Positions 29,668 to 42,968 are shown, counted from the first letter of the whole stretch. The stretch: DNA of 63,998 nt, filler included, from Porpidia crustulata (GCA_964255105.1; 6 parts of 6 records of this genome joined end to end with filler, not necessarily neighbours in it); one strand, 5' to 3'. Notes: a model not told the origin generated them from the letters alone. Numbers and translations: made by a program.

Positions 29668-31035
29668 ATGAATCACCCGCCCACATTGGAACAGCTTGGG
29701 CCTTTTGATCCGAATCCCTTTTTGAGATGCTATACAATCATGATGCTTTGCTTCCCGCTCAAGGACCATCACGAAAGGGACGAGTTAATCCAAACCCTCG
29801 AGGCGGGATGTAATAGCCTCACACAAAGCATCCCGTACCTTACAGGCCAAGTCGTACATGATCCAGATCAGCCGGGAGAGCACTATAAAACGGGATTACC
29901 TCGTGTTGTACCTTATGAACACCCAAATGGCTCCATATTAAGGATTAAAGATGTCCCAGATGACTTCCCATCTTATGTTCAAATCAGTGAAGCAAAAGCC
30001 CCCTCGGCCATGCTTGACGGAGCTGTTGTTTCCCCCAAAAAGGGACTTCCGGACCGGCCTCCTGACTCCGAGGATTGCCCTGTGTTGATCGTTCAGGCAA
30101 ACTTCTGCCGTGGCGGTCTCTTGCTCACTTTCGCCGGGATGCACGTTGTCATGGATGGGAACGGCTTAGGACAGCTGATCCGCATGTTTGCATCAGGCTG
30201 CAGGGGAGAACCTCTCCTAGAAGCAGATATCCTTGCAGCTCACCTTGACCGTGGCACATATGTTCCTCCTTTGAAACCGAATGAGACACCAATGAAGCAT
30301 CTGGATCTTCGCAGAGACCCGAATGAGAAGGAGCCTGAGAAACCTAAGGAGATACCTCCTATGCTTTGGACCTACTTCCGCCTTTCAGCACCATCCCTCA
30401 CCAAACTCAAAGCAGAGGCTTCAAAGGACTGTCCACCGAGCTCATGGATAACAACCAACGATGCCATCTCAGCTCTTGTCTGGAAAGCAATCACCAAAGC
30501 CCGCTCCTTGCACCTCGATACTTCCGAAAATTCCACCTTCCTACGTGCAATCGACGTGCGTCGTACCCTCAAACCTCCCGTCCCAGATTCTTTCCTAGGC
30601 AATAACGTCTGGTGTTCCTTCACCCACCTACCAATCAGAGACCTCATCCACAACACCTCTGTGTCCGTCATTACACGCCTGATCCGCAAGGACACGCTCG
30701 CAATTGACGATTTCTTTATTCGCAGCCTGGTAACTTTGCTTCGCAACGAGCCCGATAAGCGGACAATCGGATTCGCAACGAAGCGTCCCGAGAAAGATTT
30801 CATCGTCTCTTCTTGGGCCGATCTGCCTGTTTACCCCGAGGGAGGATTCGGGCCCCAACTCGGGATGCCGGAATTCATGAGGAGGCCGGCTTTGACGCCG
30901 TTGGAAGGTTTGGCGTACTTTATGCCGAAAGATCTGAAGGGGAATATCGATCTGGCGATTGCGCTGAGGGAGAGCGATCTGGAAAAGTTGAGGGATGATG
31001 CGGAATGGATGGGCTACGCAGAGTTCATAGGCTGA
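29668..31035 (+). CDS. Trichothecene 3-O-acetyltransferase-like (TRI101/AYT1-type) CoA-dependent acyltransferase
   Basis: Catalytic HxxxD (HVVMDGNG), PVLIVQANF, SSWAD and GFGPQLGMPEFMRRP motifs; intronless 455 aa. Confidence 0.88.
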   Translation: MNHPPTLEQLGPFDPNPFLRCYTIMMLCFPLKDHHERDELIQTLEAGCNSLTQSIPYLTGQVVHDPDQPGEHYKTGLPRVVPYEHPNGSILRIKDVPDDFPSYVQISEAKAPSAMLDGAVVSPKKGLPDRPPDSEDCPVLIVQANFCRGGLLLTFAGMHVVMDGNGLGQLIRMFASGCRGEPLLEADILAAHLDRGTYVPPLKPNETPMKHLDLRRDPNEKEPEKPKEIPPMLWTYFRLSAPSLTKLKAEASKDCPPSSWITTNDAISALVWKAITKARSLHLDTSENSTFLRAIDVRRTLKPPVPDSFLGNNVWCSFTHLPIRDLIHNTSVSVITRLIRKDTLAIDDFFIRSLVTLLRNEPDKRTIGFATKRPEKDFIVSSWADLPVYPEGGFGPQLGMPEFMRRPALTPLEGLAYFMPKDLKGNIDLAIALRESDLEKLRDDAEWMGYAEFIG

Positions 31036-31279
31036 AATTGCTAGAGGTCTGTTGTTGTGGACTACACCTCTCAGCTTTATCTGGATTTGCAGCTTGATTA
31101 CAATTGCCCGACATGTCTTTTTATGTCCTCTTTCTGCCCTTTCGCCGTTTAATCCCCCCCCTTCTTGTTTCTAGCCTCAATCCTTGAGACTGTCCCTTCC
31201 AATTCTTCAAAACATATTTCTCCCGCCTTCATCCTCTTATTCCATCATCCCTCCACGCCTTAAAGACTCATATAACAAA

Positions 31280-32204
31280 TTTCAACGGCCTACAATATAT
31301 TCCGACTGCTTACCGTCGTAAGCATGCGATGCGAGCGCTCCTAGCGAGAAAAGGATCGAGGAGAGTGGGCAACCAGGTTTTCTATCTCGCACGGTCCGTT
31401 GTAAACCGGCGGCGGTCCTTCTGTCGTGTTCTTGCCTTTCAGATCTCCTCCCCCCAAAGTCAGTAGAATCGAATCTAGACCCACAACCGCCAACGAAGCC
31501 AAAACCTACCCTGTGTGAAAGACCGTCGACCGCTTCTCCAAGCCACCACCTGACTCGAAAGCGCGGCAGACCGTCAACTCCAAGCAGAAATGGAATACTG
31601 CTTGTTCAAAGGCGTTGCGACTGCACTCATGCAACGTAAAGCATGGAATGCCCCCGTCAAGTCCGAGGCGTATCGTCCTACATTTCATTCCTGACGACCA
31701 TTTCGATTGTGGAGGCGCCGTCTTAGCGTTCAAAAAGTAAGAAGCGGAAGGTACTCACCAACACAACCACTTCTAGATCCACGCGGCCGAGGACGTTACC
31801 CCTGCGGGGTACAATGCATGGTGGAGAGGCCACATGAGCGAATTGAAGGTCAGAGTCAGCACAAGCGAGGAGATATCAGGGATGCTGGAGGATATGGATG
31901 GGGGTAGTAAGTGCGATTGGATTTGGGCTGCTGATTCTCGGAACGCCTGGAGTTGGTCGTCAGAATATAGCGAAGGCTGGAAAGCCGGTGACCATGAGTT
32001 AGAGGTATAAGAAGGGGATATGTGGCCGCGGTATCGCGTTGAGATTTCCGGGATTGAAGCAAGAACCTTAGACGTATCCATGCACTCCAGTAATTCCTCT
32101 GAATTCCACAATATATGTCCCATAACGCCTGGTATCATGACTCCTTCACTTCTACCCCTTTCCCTTTCCCGTTCCCCTCAAGAACCCTATAGTCGTGCCT
32201 AATA
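31280..32204 (-). pseudogene. Possible gene remnant at contig end
   Basis: ORF 32138-31773 and ORF 31733-31506 both continue in protein-like frames past single TAG stops; no family recognised. Confidence 0.25.
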
Positions 32205-32304
32205 NNNNNNNNNNNNNNNNNNNNNNNNNNNNNNNNNNNNNNNNNNNNTTAATTAATTAANNNNNNNNNNNNNNNNNNNNNNNNNNNNNNNNNNNNNNNN
32301 NNNN
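32205..32304. other. Artificial contig linker
   Basis: N44-TTAATTAATTAA-N44. Confidence 0.99.
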
Positions 32305-32964
32305 GGAGGGATGATGATCGTGCGATTTTGAATGTGTAAGATATCTAAATAATTCTTTAATCGTCATGCTGGAGCTGTGCGGTAACTGTACGCTTTCAAA
32401 TGACTTTACCCCAAAAATCACTTCCGCTAAGACTCGAATGTCTGCTGAATTTTTGATCCGATTGTGTTGGGGTTGTAGATAGATGTGTTTCTGAAGCATG
32501 TGATGATGAGTTTGAATGCGCGATGATATGGTATTTGGCGAAGGGACGAGAGATGTAGGGAAGGTTAAAGTGTATGTGGAGATGAGGCATTGAATGCTGA
32601 GAGGGTTTGGGGGGACTTGATGTGGTTTCGTGGCTGGTATCCTCGTCCAGTTCCTGTTGATTAGTTTTGTCTACTCTATTTTAAATGATTCGCGAAGTCC
32701 GGAGACAGTCGCTCTCACCATCTCGTCACATGGCCTGGAGACTTTGAATCCCCATGTTCAATATAGGCTCATAAATCCAATTGTTACTCGAGACACAAAT
32801 GTCGGTTAGAAAAGGCTTCCGTTGGGCGCTGAGTTGCTCGATTGTTGATTTAGAAGATTATGCGGATCTCTGCTTGGAAGTCTTGATATTTCTTCAAGCT
32901 ATACTAAGTAAGGACTTAGCTCTTTCTTGTAAGACTACGAGATGGCAAGAGCCTACCAGCCTTT

Positions 32965-35680
32965 TCACCTCAACCCATCCCCTCTCTTGATTTGATCATC
33001 CGAGAAACCCTCCCTCGGCGCTTTCAAATACTTCTCAAACTTCCCACTGACCTCAATGACGTGCTTCAAATGGTCATAGCAAAACCTCTTTCCCTTGTAC
33101 TGCGCAAGCTGGCGTGCTGTGGTCATTGCATTGCGAATCTGACGTCCGTTCATGTTCTCATTAGTCAACTCGTCCATATGGTCGATGATGTCCTCAAAGT
33201 CGATATTGTTCTCGTCAAGAGCTTTGAGCCTGCTGAGGAAATTGCGCCATATTTTACGTTGCTGAGAGGCGGTGAAATTCTTGTAGTGAAGGGCAAATTG
33301 GATCCGAGATTTGAAAGCTTCGTCAAACGTGCCGACGCGATTAAAGGTCAGAATGAGGATTCCAACATTATATTCGAGAACGCGCAGGAAAACGGATACA
33401 AGGGCGTTCCGCTCAAGGTCAGCTAAACCGCGCTCCTCCAGGAACACGTTGGCTTCATCAAGAAGTACAACTTCGGAAGTAAGATGATAGGAATTCGTAA
33501 AGCCCATTGAAAACTCACCACAATCCCAGATCCTACCTAGATTGGGGGCAGACTCAAGATACTTCTCGACATCCTCGGCTTTTGTGCCAACATCGCCGCA
33601 AGTTACTCGATAAAGAGGCTTTTCGGCAATCTCTGCCACACCCTCAGCAGTAAATGTTTTGCCGGTCCCAGGGCCTCCATGCAATAGAATAGTCAGACCG
33701 TTACCTTTACCGGCTATCAGATCCGTAGAGTTATCGGCTTTGAGTTGATTCGTTACGAGAGCTTGAACAAGCTCTTTAGTCTTCTCGTCGACAACCAAAC
33801 TTTCGAAGGCATCCTTATTCCAGGTGACATCCAAGATCCTATCTACGTTCAAGTCAACTGTATCAAACAATCAGCGATTGAGACATGGCCTCTGCTTTCA
33901 CCCGACTTACCCCATTTCTTCAGGCGAAGATTGTATCCAATTATCGTAGGTGGGACCAGAAGTACGAAGTCACCTTCCGGTGGCTCATTTCTTGCCATGG
34001 TCTCTTTGTTCAAATCAGCACGAAGGTTACGATTTGCCAAGGTAGAACTAGCGTGAAGGGTCTTGTAAGTATAAATGTCAATCATGTATCGTTCGCCAAT
34101 CTGATCCTGTCAGCTAAGACGAACAACATTCCAGATGGGGACTTGCACTACTAGAGATCCCATGGTCTTCTTCTGGATAAGAGACGAACTTCTTTGCTCT
34201 GCATTTCCAAAACATTCGCCCCCGTTTCTCAAGCGTGGCTCGTAACCCATCGACATCATACTGAAGAGGGAAATAGTCCAAGCTGTTGAGCTTAACCTCT
34301 TCGTCATCTCTTTCGACATTCAATGTAATATCAATAGATTCATCTATTTTCTGAAACGAACCATCAAATGCCCACGACCACACTTCGACCCTCCAAGTAT
34401 GAGAAACTCTTGCGTCCTCAGATACTAGCTTCTCGTCCAATCTGTCAGTGTAATCTCGCTCGGGTTTATGGCGAGTTTTCAGGGCCCAAGAAGTGGCTAT
34501 CCACGCGCGAGGCGGTGTTATTTAAGTCCTTACTAAAACATGGCCAGGTTTTATGAGATATTTCATTAATTTGTTCGAGACCGTACCTCGGTTGGTACAA
34601 ATTTTTGCATCGGGATATTCTTCACAGCGGCTTGCTTGAATACTATTCGTCAATTGGCTTAGCAGGCTCTTTTCGACCGGGGTTAGACCCAGTTGCACAT
34701 TCTCAAGCAATGGCAAGCTGTAATAAAAAAACAAGTACGGAGCTGGTATTTCATCTCCTGGGTCAAACTGTGGAAATACGTTGGGAATCCCTGGAAGCTG
34801 CCTCTGTACCTGTTTTATGGCGGAGATAATGTGCTCAGAAAGCAAAGCTAAAGTTTCTTTGAAAGGTTCAGGATTCCGATAGACGCCATCTTTTGTCATG
34901 ATCAGGCTCATATCAGCCGGCGGCCGGTCATTGTACTCCCTGAAGAAGACAAAAGCCAATTCGGGATGTTGATCCAGATAGAAATCGACGTTCTGAAGCG
35001 GCCGCGCAGAGTGGAGGACGGGTCTTCGTTCGCCTTTCGTCCATTGAGGCGGGTCCAGGAACGTGTCGCCTGCAACGCAATGAAGTGTCCTCCACATATA
35101 CTGTAAGATTGGGGGTGAAGTCAACGTCAAGCTCTGCTCTGCACTAGCAAGACGCAATTGATGATTCTCGCGCTCGAGAGTCTCTAGACATTCCAACAAA
35201 TGATCTAGATCGTTTGGCTTGTGAGATCTGGACGGTTGATGAGGGCTCACAGAGGCGATCTGATGTGCTGGGATGATGCGATAAGGGCTGTCTAGATCAA
35301 CGTCCAAGGCTGGGTGGCCTTGATTGGGAGGGAAAGAACGAGAAGGAGGAGGAGAAGGAGGAATGCGGTTGGGACGAGAGATAGGATCTACTCGGAGATC
35401 TGTATTCTTGCGATAATAACGGCGGTGTCCGCCATTAGGGGAATCTTGTTCGTCGTCGAGACCCTACCACATAGGCTCACGTTCCATTATTGTGACTATT
35501 TCAAGTCTTTTATCTATCCCTCCCTCGCTGGATGAGCCATCTGAACCGCGATGCTGTAATTTCCTTCTCGGCATCTCGACAGCAGATTCTACAAGGCCTT
35601 TCTACGGTACTTTAGCGAGGTATGGAGGAATCCGAAGGCTTGGCATACCAAGCCGCCCTCCGCAATGCGTCCTTGGACAT
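32965..35680 (-). pseudogene. Fungal AAA+ ATPase (long N-terminal extension family), disrupted
   Basis: Walker A HGGPGTGKT, altered Walker B LLDEANVF, DEAFKSRI, MNGRQIRN; in-frame stops at 34522-34524, 35464-35466 and 35602-35604, all in one reading frame. Confidence 0.85.
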
Positions 35681-36383
35681 GAGTCGGATCTCTTAAGATG
35701 GCCAGTCTGTCCTTGACGAAATGGCTATCCGAAGTCCGATCTTTGGAAATTGTCAAATTCTTCAAGTAATCCTGCAGTAGAGCTTTGGCTAGGGTATGGA
35801 CACTAGTCTCAGCAGTTCCGGGAGCTTTGTCGGTGGATCCTATATTCAGTAAGGCTAACCTAGTTGTTTGTAATTCGTAATCAGTGTCTGCGTCAGCCTC
35901 GGAACGCTCAATTCCCTTGATAGCCCTTACCCTCCTCCCAGGCTCACCATCAGCATAGGCGGTGAGGCTCTCGCCAGAGGACTGAGAATGGTGCGATGCC
36001 CTACCAGGGCTCTGAGACTTAGCCGTACTGAATTTCTGGGTCCAATATGGACTTTCCTTGATCGAGAATTGTCATCACTGCCAAGAATTAGTGAAAACCA
36101 TAATACTCCCAGACTGGGGATCATATGTGGTTTGAGAAGTGTAAGATTGATGAGAACGAGGCTGATAACAGCACCTTCGGTTAACGCGACGAATCAGGGA
36201 AAGTTGATGTTACACAGAGGAGCCGGCTACCTTAGCCGCCTCACCGAGGTCCTGCTGCCTACTTGGGCCACTTGATCATTCCAGGCGACCTCGAAGCCTC
36301 GTGGGACGATTGCTTCGTCCGACTGCATCCGCCTACTCATAGTAAATCTCTTGCCTCGGTCAGTATGAGAGATCAAGGATGAG

Positions 36384-38156
36384 ATGGAGACCCGGCCGGA
36401 GTGGTACCAACAAGATGGCGATGACGGGTATGTCTTCCAGGGAGAGTTCCATGATTGTCGATTGTTGACAGATTCTGGTCACCAGACACCTCGCTCCAGC
36501 GCGCAAAGCCTTCATCAAGGCCGTCGAGATATTCAAAACTAGCATAACCGAAGATACGCGCAAAGTCGCGGTCATTGGGCAGTCAGCATGCATAGAAGAT
36601 GTTCAGGCGATGGTTCTAGAAGCAAAGTCCCATTATAACATTACCCGCCATAATAAGAGCTTAAGCAAATGGCTCTCCAAACTCTCGAGTCGCGTCCAAT
36701 TCTATGGGAATATTATGGATGTTCTAGTGCAGCATCACCCAGAATATGTGGCCCTGGCATGGGGGGCGATGAAATTTCTGTTCGTGGTAAGCGGGATGGA
36801 TGCATATAGTGCGAGCATTGGTAACAAGTCTTAGTTGGTAAACAACCATGAGGCAATGACCAAGTCTCTTGCCAAAGGAATGTGCCAGAGAGCCGATTCA
36901 TTGCCACGAATAGAGCTGGTGACGGTTTTGTATCCGACCCTGAAAATGAAGCAAGCTGTAGCTGAACTCTATGCGCGAATTATAAGGTTCTTTATACGAG
37001 CGGATCAATGGTACAAAGAAAGCAAGCTGCTACATGTCCTTCATTCATTCACCCGGCCTATAGAACTCCGATATACAGATCTGATTGACGAAGTCGAGTC
37101 GTATTCGCGTGTGATTGATAATTTAGCTTCTGCAGGTGCTCAAGCTGAACAGCGAGATATCCATTTAAAGATACAAGATATAGCTAGGAAGCAGAAGGAA
37201 TCAAATGCTGTCATCTGGGAGATGCAACAGTTGATAATCTGTAAGCGATGTACTGAAATGCTAAGATTTGGTATCTGCTAATCTTTCCAGCGTATCAGTC
37301 GATCAATTCCGCTGCTACAATTGACACCAATCAGCGACTCTCTGACATACAAGTATCACAGGTCATGGCCTTCACCTCAGGTACCTGCACGTTGGACCCG
37401 GCGAAAGCTCTGCAATATTGCGCCATGAGGTGCAATCAGCGTCTGGTAAGATCAAAGTCTAAAGCGCAGCCGTTTTGGTTATCATCAAAATTTCAGACGT
37501 GGAAAGATTCCCAGATTTCCGCGTTAGTGGTCTTTAAAGGAAACTATACTAGTCGTTTTGAGGTCAAAGACTTTGGAGTCAATATTATCAAGCTCATGCG
37601 AGACTCCAAGCTGCCAGTCATCTGGATATTGAAGGCCACAGATCAGAATGCTCTAGAAGCGCCTTCTGTGATTGATGTATTAAAGAACCTGACATCTCAA
37701 GCCTTGTGTCTTAACCCAACCTTGCGCAACGAGCGATCCTTCTCCTTGAGCTGTGCGAAATTTCAAACAGCTGAGACTGAGACAGAATGGCTCGATCTTT
37801 TGTTCTCAGTACTTGAAGGAATACCGCTGATATATATCGTCGTTGATGTAGAAGCGGTCGGTCCTTATTACTCGGGTCTGGATTGTAGTTTCGCGTGGCC
37901 ATCTGCCTTCCTCGAAGTGTTCCAGCGGTCAGCTGAACGCCAACTCAAAACGGTCGTTAAAGTTATCTTGATGAGTTATGGCTCAAATGATTCTACGGCC
38001 ATGTCTCAGAAAGGCGTGGAGGATCTTGTCATCCCAGTCACTCGAACCCAGATGAACTCCGCATCAGCAAAACTTCGGATACCCTTCCGATCAAGAGGCG
38101 GCAGGAATGGGAAGTTGACCTATAATCAAGCTCGGCGGCAGAACTTGGCACTTTAA
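36384..38156 (+). CDS. NACHT-associated N-terminal helical domain protein with degenerate NTPase-like fold (fungal NLR-related)
   Basis: YGNIMDVLVQHHPEYVALAWGAMKFLFV, MKQAVAELYARIIRFF, SSKFQTW, PLIYIVVD, VVKVIL motifs; three GT-AG introns; no GxxxxGK. Confidence 0.75.
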
Positions 38157-38251
38157 CCATCTTCAAAGGAAATTTCGTTGGTCTATGACACCAGCTTCCC
38201 CACCAACTCCCTACCAAGGCTTCCAACTTGTCAACGCTCGGAGTGTCCTCT

Positions 38252-39091
38252 TCACTCGCTGCTCCGAGATGCAGGCTCCTTATCCAGAATACACCTCGAT
38301 CTATCGAGCCGAGGCACTCTTGATATGGCAGATCTCACATTCTCTGTCATCGAGGTTGCCGTTCCGCAACAGCATATTTGACAGTGCAGATCACGCACAG
38401 AATTAAGTATGCGCATGCAGTGGCATTTAACCACAACCCAGATATGGTATGTACTCCTCCTTACTCCATAAAACACTGCCCAGATGCGAGCACCAATCTT
38501 GAATGCCTCATCAAAATTCACCGCTAGTCATCAATGCAGAAGCCATCTTCGTAAGCCATCCCGGCTATGACAAGCAGACGGCCAATGACAAAGACCTGAC
38601 ACATGTTTGAACACCTAAGTAAGTGCACATTTCGCGCTGCCATATAAAGAAGGTCAAACTCTCCAAAACTCGAAGTAACTTGATAATGATACGTTCGTTC
38701 AGATTCAGCCCGCTCGTTGCTTAACAGCAACTTCGGGATGTGTGCGCAAAGTAGCCACGTATCTATATAGAAATCCGACATGCTCAGCTCCAAGTGACGA
38801 ATTGTCTATTGAAAGATACTGATGCATTGCGCTCGAAGTGTCGATAGCAGTGTAAACCGAGCTGTTTTGAAAGTAATGACTCATTTGTTCGAACGAATAC
38901 TCGAAACCGCTTTTACTGTGCTCGGAGCCATGTCTGAAATTCCGAATATCTTCAATCAATTTCCCTGGCTGCCAAGAACGGGATGACAAACGGAGATGGA
39001 TTTCGCATTGGTGGCCAGTGGTGGCTTCTGATGGGGCAGTTGCGAGTGGTACTTGAATGGACCTTGCCTTCCCTACTAGTCCCCTCATCAT
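38252..39091 (-). pseudogene. Possible degraded gene fragment
   Basis: Three abutting minus-strand ORFs (39091-38705, 38793-38524, 38521-38252) of protein-like composition. Confidence 0.25.
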
Positions 39092-39211
39092 ATCTCCTCC
39101 AGGTGCTCCGACGGCAAATACGAAAACAGAAAAAGATCTGGAATCTTAGTAAAATTAATTTTACACCATTGCGGGGGCGTTTTTTTGGCTACACGTAACG
39201 TATTGGTTCAC

Positions 39212-41406
39212 TCAACCGAATTCCTCTCTCAGGTCGTCCTCATCCCTTGATCCAACAAACGCACGGCGGACAAATGCCATCCAGACTTTGTTTCCTTTCT
39301 TGCCGTGGTGTTTCTTATGGCTTTTGTTCTTCTTGGACTTTTTCTTCATCACCTCCAGCCCGCCGTTGTCACGCTCTCCAGTGTTGTCTAACCCTACTTC
39401 CCCCTTCTCTGTTATATCCACTCTAAGATTTCTCGTGCCCGTACCCTCGGCCTTGTGAGCACCAATTCTGTCCGCCAAGTGAAACCAACTTCGGACTGTC
39501 AAATCTTTGAGTTTATACAATGTATCGGTCCTCGTATCATACTCAATTACATACTCAAACTTCTGGTGTTGGCGTGGTGATTTATCCTTGTGGGGTTTCT
39601 TACCGCTGTGTTTGCCTTCGTGCCAGCGTTCTTCACTTAAGCCATCATCGTCTCCTAAGCTGGACTTGGTGTCTTGTGGGGTCATGGAAGCGGCAGGGTT
39701 GAATTTTGGAGAGTTCGAATGAGAAACGAAATCGTTGTTGATGAAAGTCAGGTTGGCGTAGTATTGGGTGTACGACAGCCAGGTAAGGGATTGAGGGGAA
39801 TAAGCGGGGCCGGGCGGAGAGGCCTCGGACGGAGGAAGAGGAGCGGGGTGTTTGGGTCCCTTGGTCTTTTTCCTGGTATTCATCCTCGATTCCGAATCAA
39901 CATCAAAGACACCAGGACGTGTATGGACGGGCGTGAGATCTAGGGCCGAGGATGTAGATGGTTCTAAGCCGGTGATATTGTATTCGAAGACACGCAGAGT
40001 AGGGAAATAGTTTGGGACAACGCTGGGACCAACGAGAGTGGCACTATAACGTTCGGCCCAGGGACCACCGATTTTGTCGAGAAATTTTTCCTGTTTGGAT
40101 TTCTTATGCTTTTTGCCTTTCTTACCCTTTTTCTTACTCTTCTTGCTATGTTTCTTGTATTGCTCTATGATATCGTCGATACTCTGAACACCCTTTCCTA
40201 TGTTCTCCTCTTTTGGAGGATCAGGCAAATCGGCCCATTCTTCGCGTAGTTCGGTCAGGTATTCGGCGGACGATTGTGTGGTAAACTCCTCATTAAAGGC
40301 TGTCCGCGACAAGGCCCCCGATTCCCCTTCCATCACTTTGATATTAATATCCTTGAAGTCTTGAAGCATGAAGTGATCGATATTCATGTGCCCATACAAC
40401 CCTCCAACAATCACATCCCGATACTGCCTCATCCACAATGAATACTTCTGCCAACATGTCTCGTCCCAGCTAGACTTGCTGCCAGTTCTGGCAGGAGGCA
40501 CATGCCCTGTCATGATGGCTTTCATTCTCCGATCCCGGAGGAATTGCAGCTGTATCCTGAGCCATTCCATCTGCTCATATCCCGGTTCCAAAGGCTTGGC
40601 ACATCCATCCACTGCAGTGTTCGAATCAAAAAAGTACAGTGTGTTTAAACTAAAGACTGCCAGCTTTTTTGGTATCACTTCGACGAAGAACCATCCTCCC
40701 CTGCTAAAGCCATGTCGTTGCTCCTCAGGTATAAATTTCCTCCATATTCTCAGATATTGCTTCGTCCATCTGTTTGGACCAGGACCGAGGATGTTGTGAG
40801 GCAGGATATCATTATTACCAAAAGTCGGAATGATGGGTATTGTAAGATCGTTCGTAGGATCTGTATCGTTGATGTTGTCCTCTTTGCCAAAGACCTCTAC
40901 GAACTTGGATACCAACAGCTCATTCAATTGTACGACTTGCTGATCCGTTCGTGGTATTTCCTCATCATTGTCGTGACGTGCCGAGTCGCCTGTCCAAATT
41001 ATAAAGTCTATTTCATCTTTAAGGTTCTCGTCGATCCACTTGAAAGTAGCATTGATGAGAGAGATTGGAGAGTCGCAGTCAGTAGTTTCGGCACCCAACG
41101 CCCCAGCCGGTCCTTGACCCCTGTGGCATGCCGAATCCGCCTCTGTTGACGAGTGATATTCGTAGAAAGGGTCCGGGTGTAGATCTGAAGCTTTTAGCAA
41201 CGCACTAGCTTGTCTCCGATGTTATCAGTACCTGTTATGTGTAGGAATTTGCCCCGTAATCCCCTGTGAGTTGGAGAGCTGTCCAGCAGCTCTGAGTAAC
41301 CGGTAGCAATAGGCGTTGCAATTAGCGGCTGTTGAGTAGGCAATGTTGTGCAAGGACTAAGGAAAAGACAGACAAAGAGCGAGGCTGCTGACAGATGCCG
41401 GAGCAT
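39212..41406 (-). CDS. PPN1: Vacuolar endopolyphosphatase
   Basis: Signal/anchor peptide; KFLHIT|DLHPD (intron 41231-41185), WTGDSARHD, GNND, GHVPP, GHMNIDHF metallophosphoesterase motifs. Confidence 0.93.
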
Positions 41407-42766
41407 CTTGTCGAGCGTGGTCAACACAAAGCGAGAGTGCTGAAAGCATCCAGTGCTATCTCGTGGTTAAGGTATAACGAAAGAACAGGACAAAGTAAAT
41501 AAAACTTGAATATTATCTATCATTCGGCAAGGATTGAGCGGATGACGCAGTCTGCAGGAACAGAGCCCTAGCAGGGATATGCCTGTCGCCAAAATCCCTG
41601 CGCTACTGGTCAAAGCTTTCACCTTCAAGGCAGTGTAAGACTATCACACAAAGCGTAGTTTATTCTCTGAAAGGGAGAAGGAAGAGCAGATGTTTAAAGA
41701 GCGAAGGAATAGCAATCAAGGCATGTGAATATCTTGTATATCTAAAGTAGGACACGCGACTATTCCACCAGATGATGACTCGTGAAGACTTGATCAGCCA
41801 GCCCTACGCCCGAACCAATCCCTGAGCTTATGATGTCCCACGTGCAAAAAGCAGCGCACAAATTCCCGGCCTTGTTGACCACCTGAAATTATCGAGTCTC
41901 GAGTCAATCATCATGTGTCTAGAGAAAGGCAGAACATTTATCTCCCATCACCGTTTTCCTGATCACGGGCGCGTTTTTGGCAGATCTTTCGTTAGGTTTG
42001 ATGTCGAAAAGACAGTGCGGATCTGTCACCACTACGCCCAGTCCAAACCTTGTAGTTGCATTTCTGGATGTTGATCGGATAGATACTTAAACGTCGTATC
42101 ATATTCAACTCACGTAGAATTTCTGCCAGAGCTTCTCGGTGAGCGGAGCATCTCAACGTATTAGTTCCTTAAAAATGGCAAGGAATGTTTGTTTCTCGTC
42201 GACTGTTTTCGTGCGATCCTCTTCCCATCGATCCCGTATATCAACTACCTACTCCTGCTGCAATTCTTCTTCTCGGAACAGGAACCACAAGGTGACTGTA
42301 GCAGCGTAAAACAATCTTGCCGTTCAGATTCGCTTCAATGATCTATCTGAATGTGCGGCATTCGTAGGAGGGATTCATATGAGCGTGCATAAGTTTGATC
42401 GAAATGAGGTCCGTCTCTTCGTCTTCCCATCCCGTGACATCCTCTGCATCGTCATGAAACTTGAATTGCAGTCAAGACCTCAGGTATTTCAAGCCTGAGC
42501 TATCGATGAACCCAGCATGAATAAGCGAGGTGTGACGTATCTACACGAAAACTTCGAGAGATATGAAGTCGGGAGCCACAAGCGATGAGGAAGAGGATGG
42601 ATACTGAATACGATTTTCAGGAAGAATAACAATATTGCGATAGAGGGGCCAATCTCGCGCGTATTTTACATTTCAAGACCCATAACCCAAGCACCACGCT
42701 TCCTATGCTCAAATTTCAATATCTCACCACCTACCTGGAGGCGGCCTAGGTAGTACCCCACCATAA

Positions 42767-42968
42767 TCACCACTGCCCTTGCGACGATGATACTATGTTG
42801 TTCTTCTTCACCCTTGTGCTGTTGGCCGAGCTTAACTCCCAAGTTTTCTGGCCGGCCGAAGGATCTGGCGAGGGCATCTCGTACGCGGGTTGGGGACTGT
42901 TTCTGGGCAAAGGTATGATGTGATTGTTGTCGAGTTCACTGATGGGGGGGTAACTGGGAGGATTCTTC
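42767..42968 (-). CDS. 3' end of an unknown gene truncated by contig edge
   Basis: Open frame RILPVTPPISELDNNH...AYEMPSP...SSSQGQW* from the contig edge. Confidence 0.4.

Noticed and set aside
34522..34524. Stop-codon restoration by A-to-I editing or read-through in the AAA gene
   Set aside because: Multiple stops plus motif substitutions indicate ordinary decay
29668..38156. Acetyltransferase + AAA ATPase + NACHT as one cluster
   Set aside because: Split by the artificial linker at 32205-32304
41772..41825. Possible C/D box snoRNA (ATGATGA...CTGA)
   Set aside because: Too short, no terminal stem and no convincing rRNA complementarity
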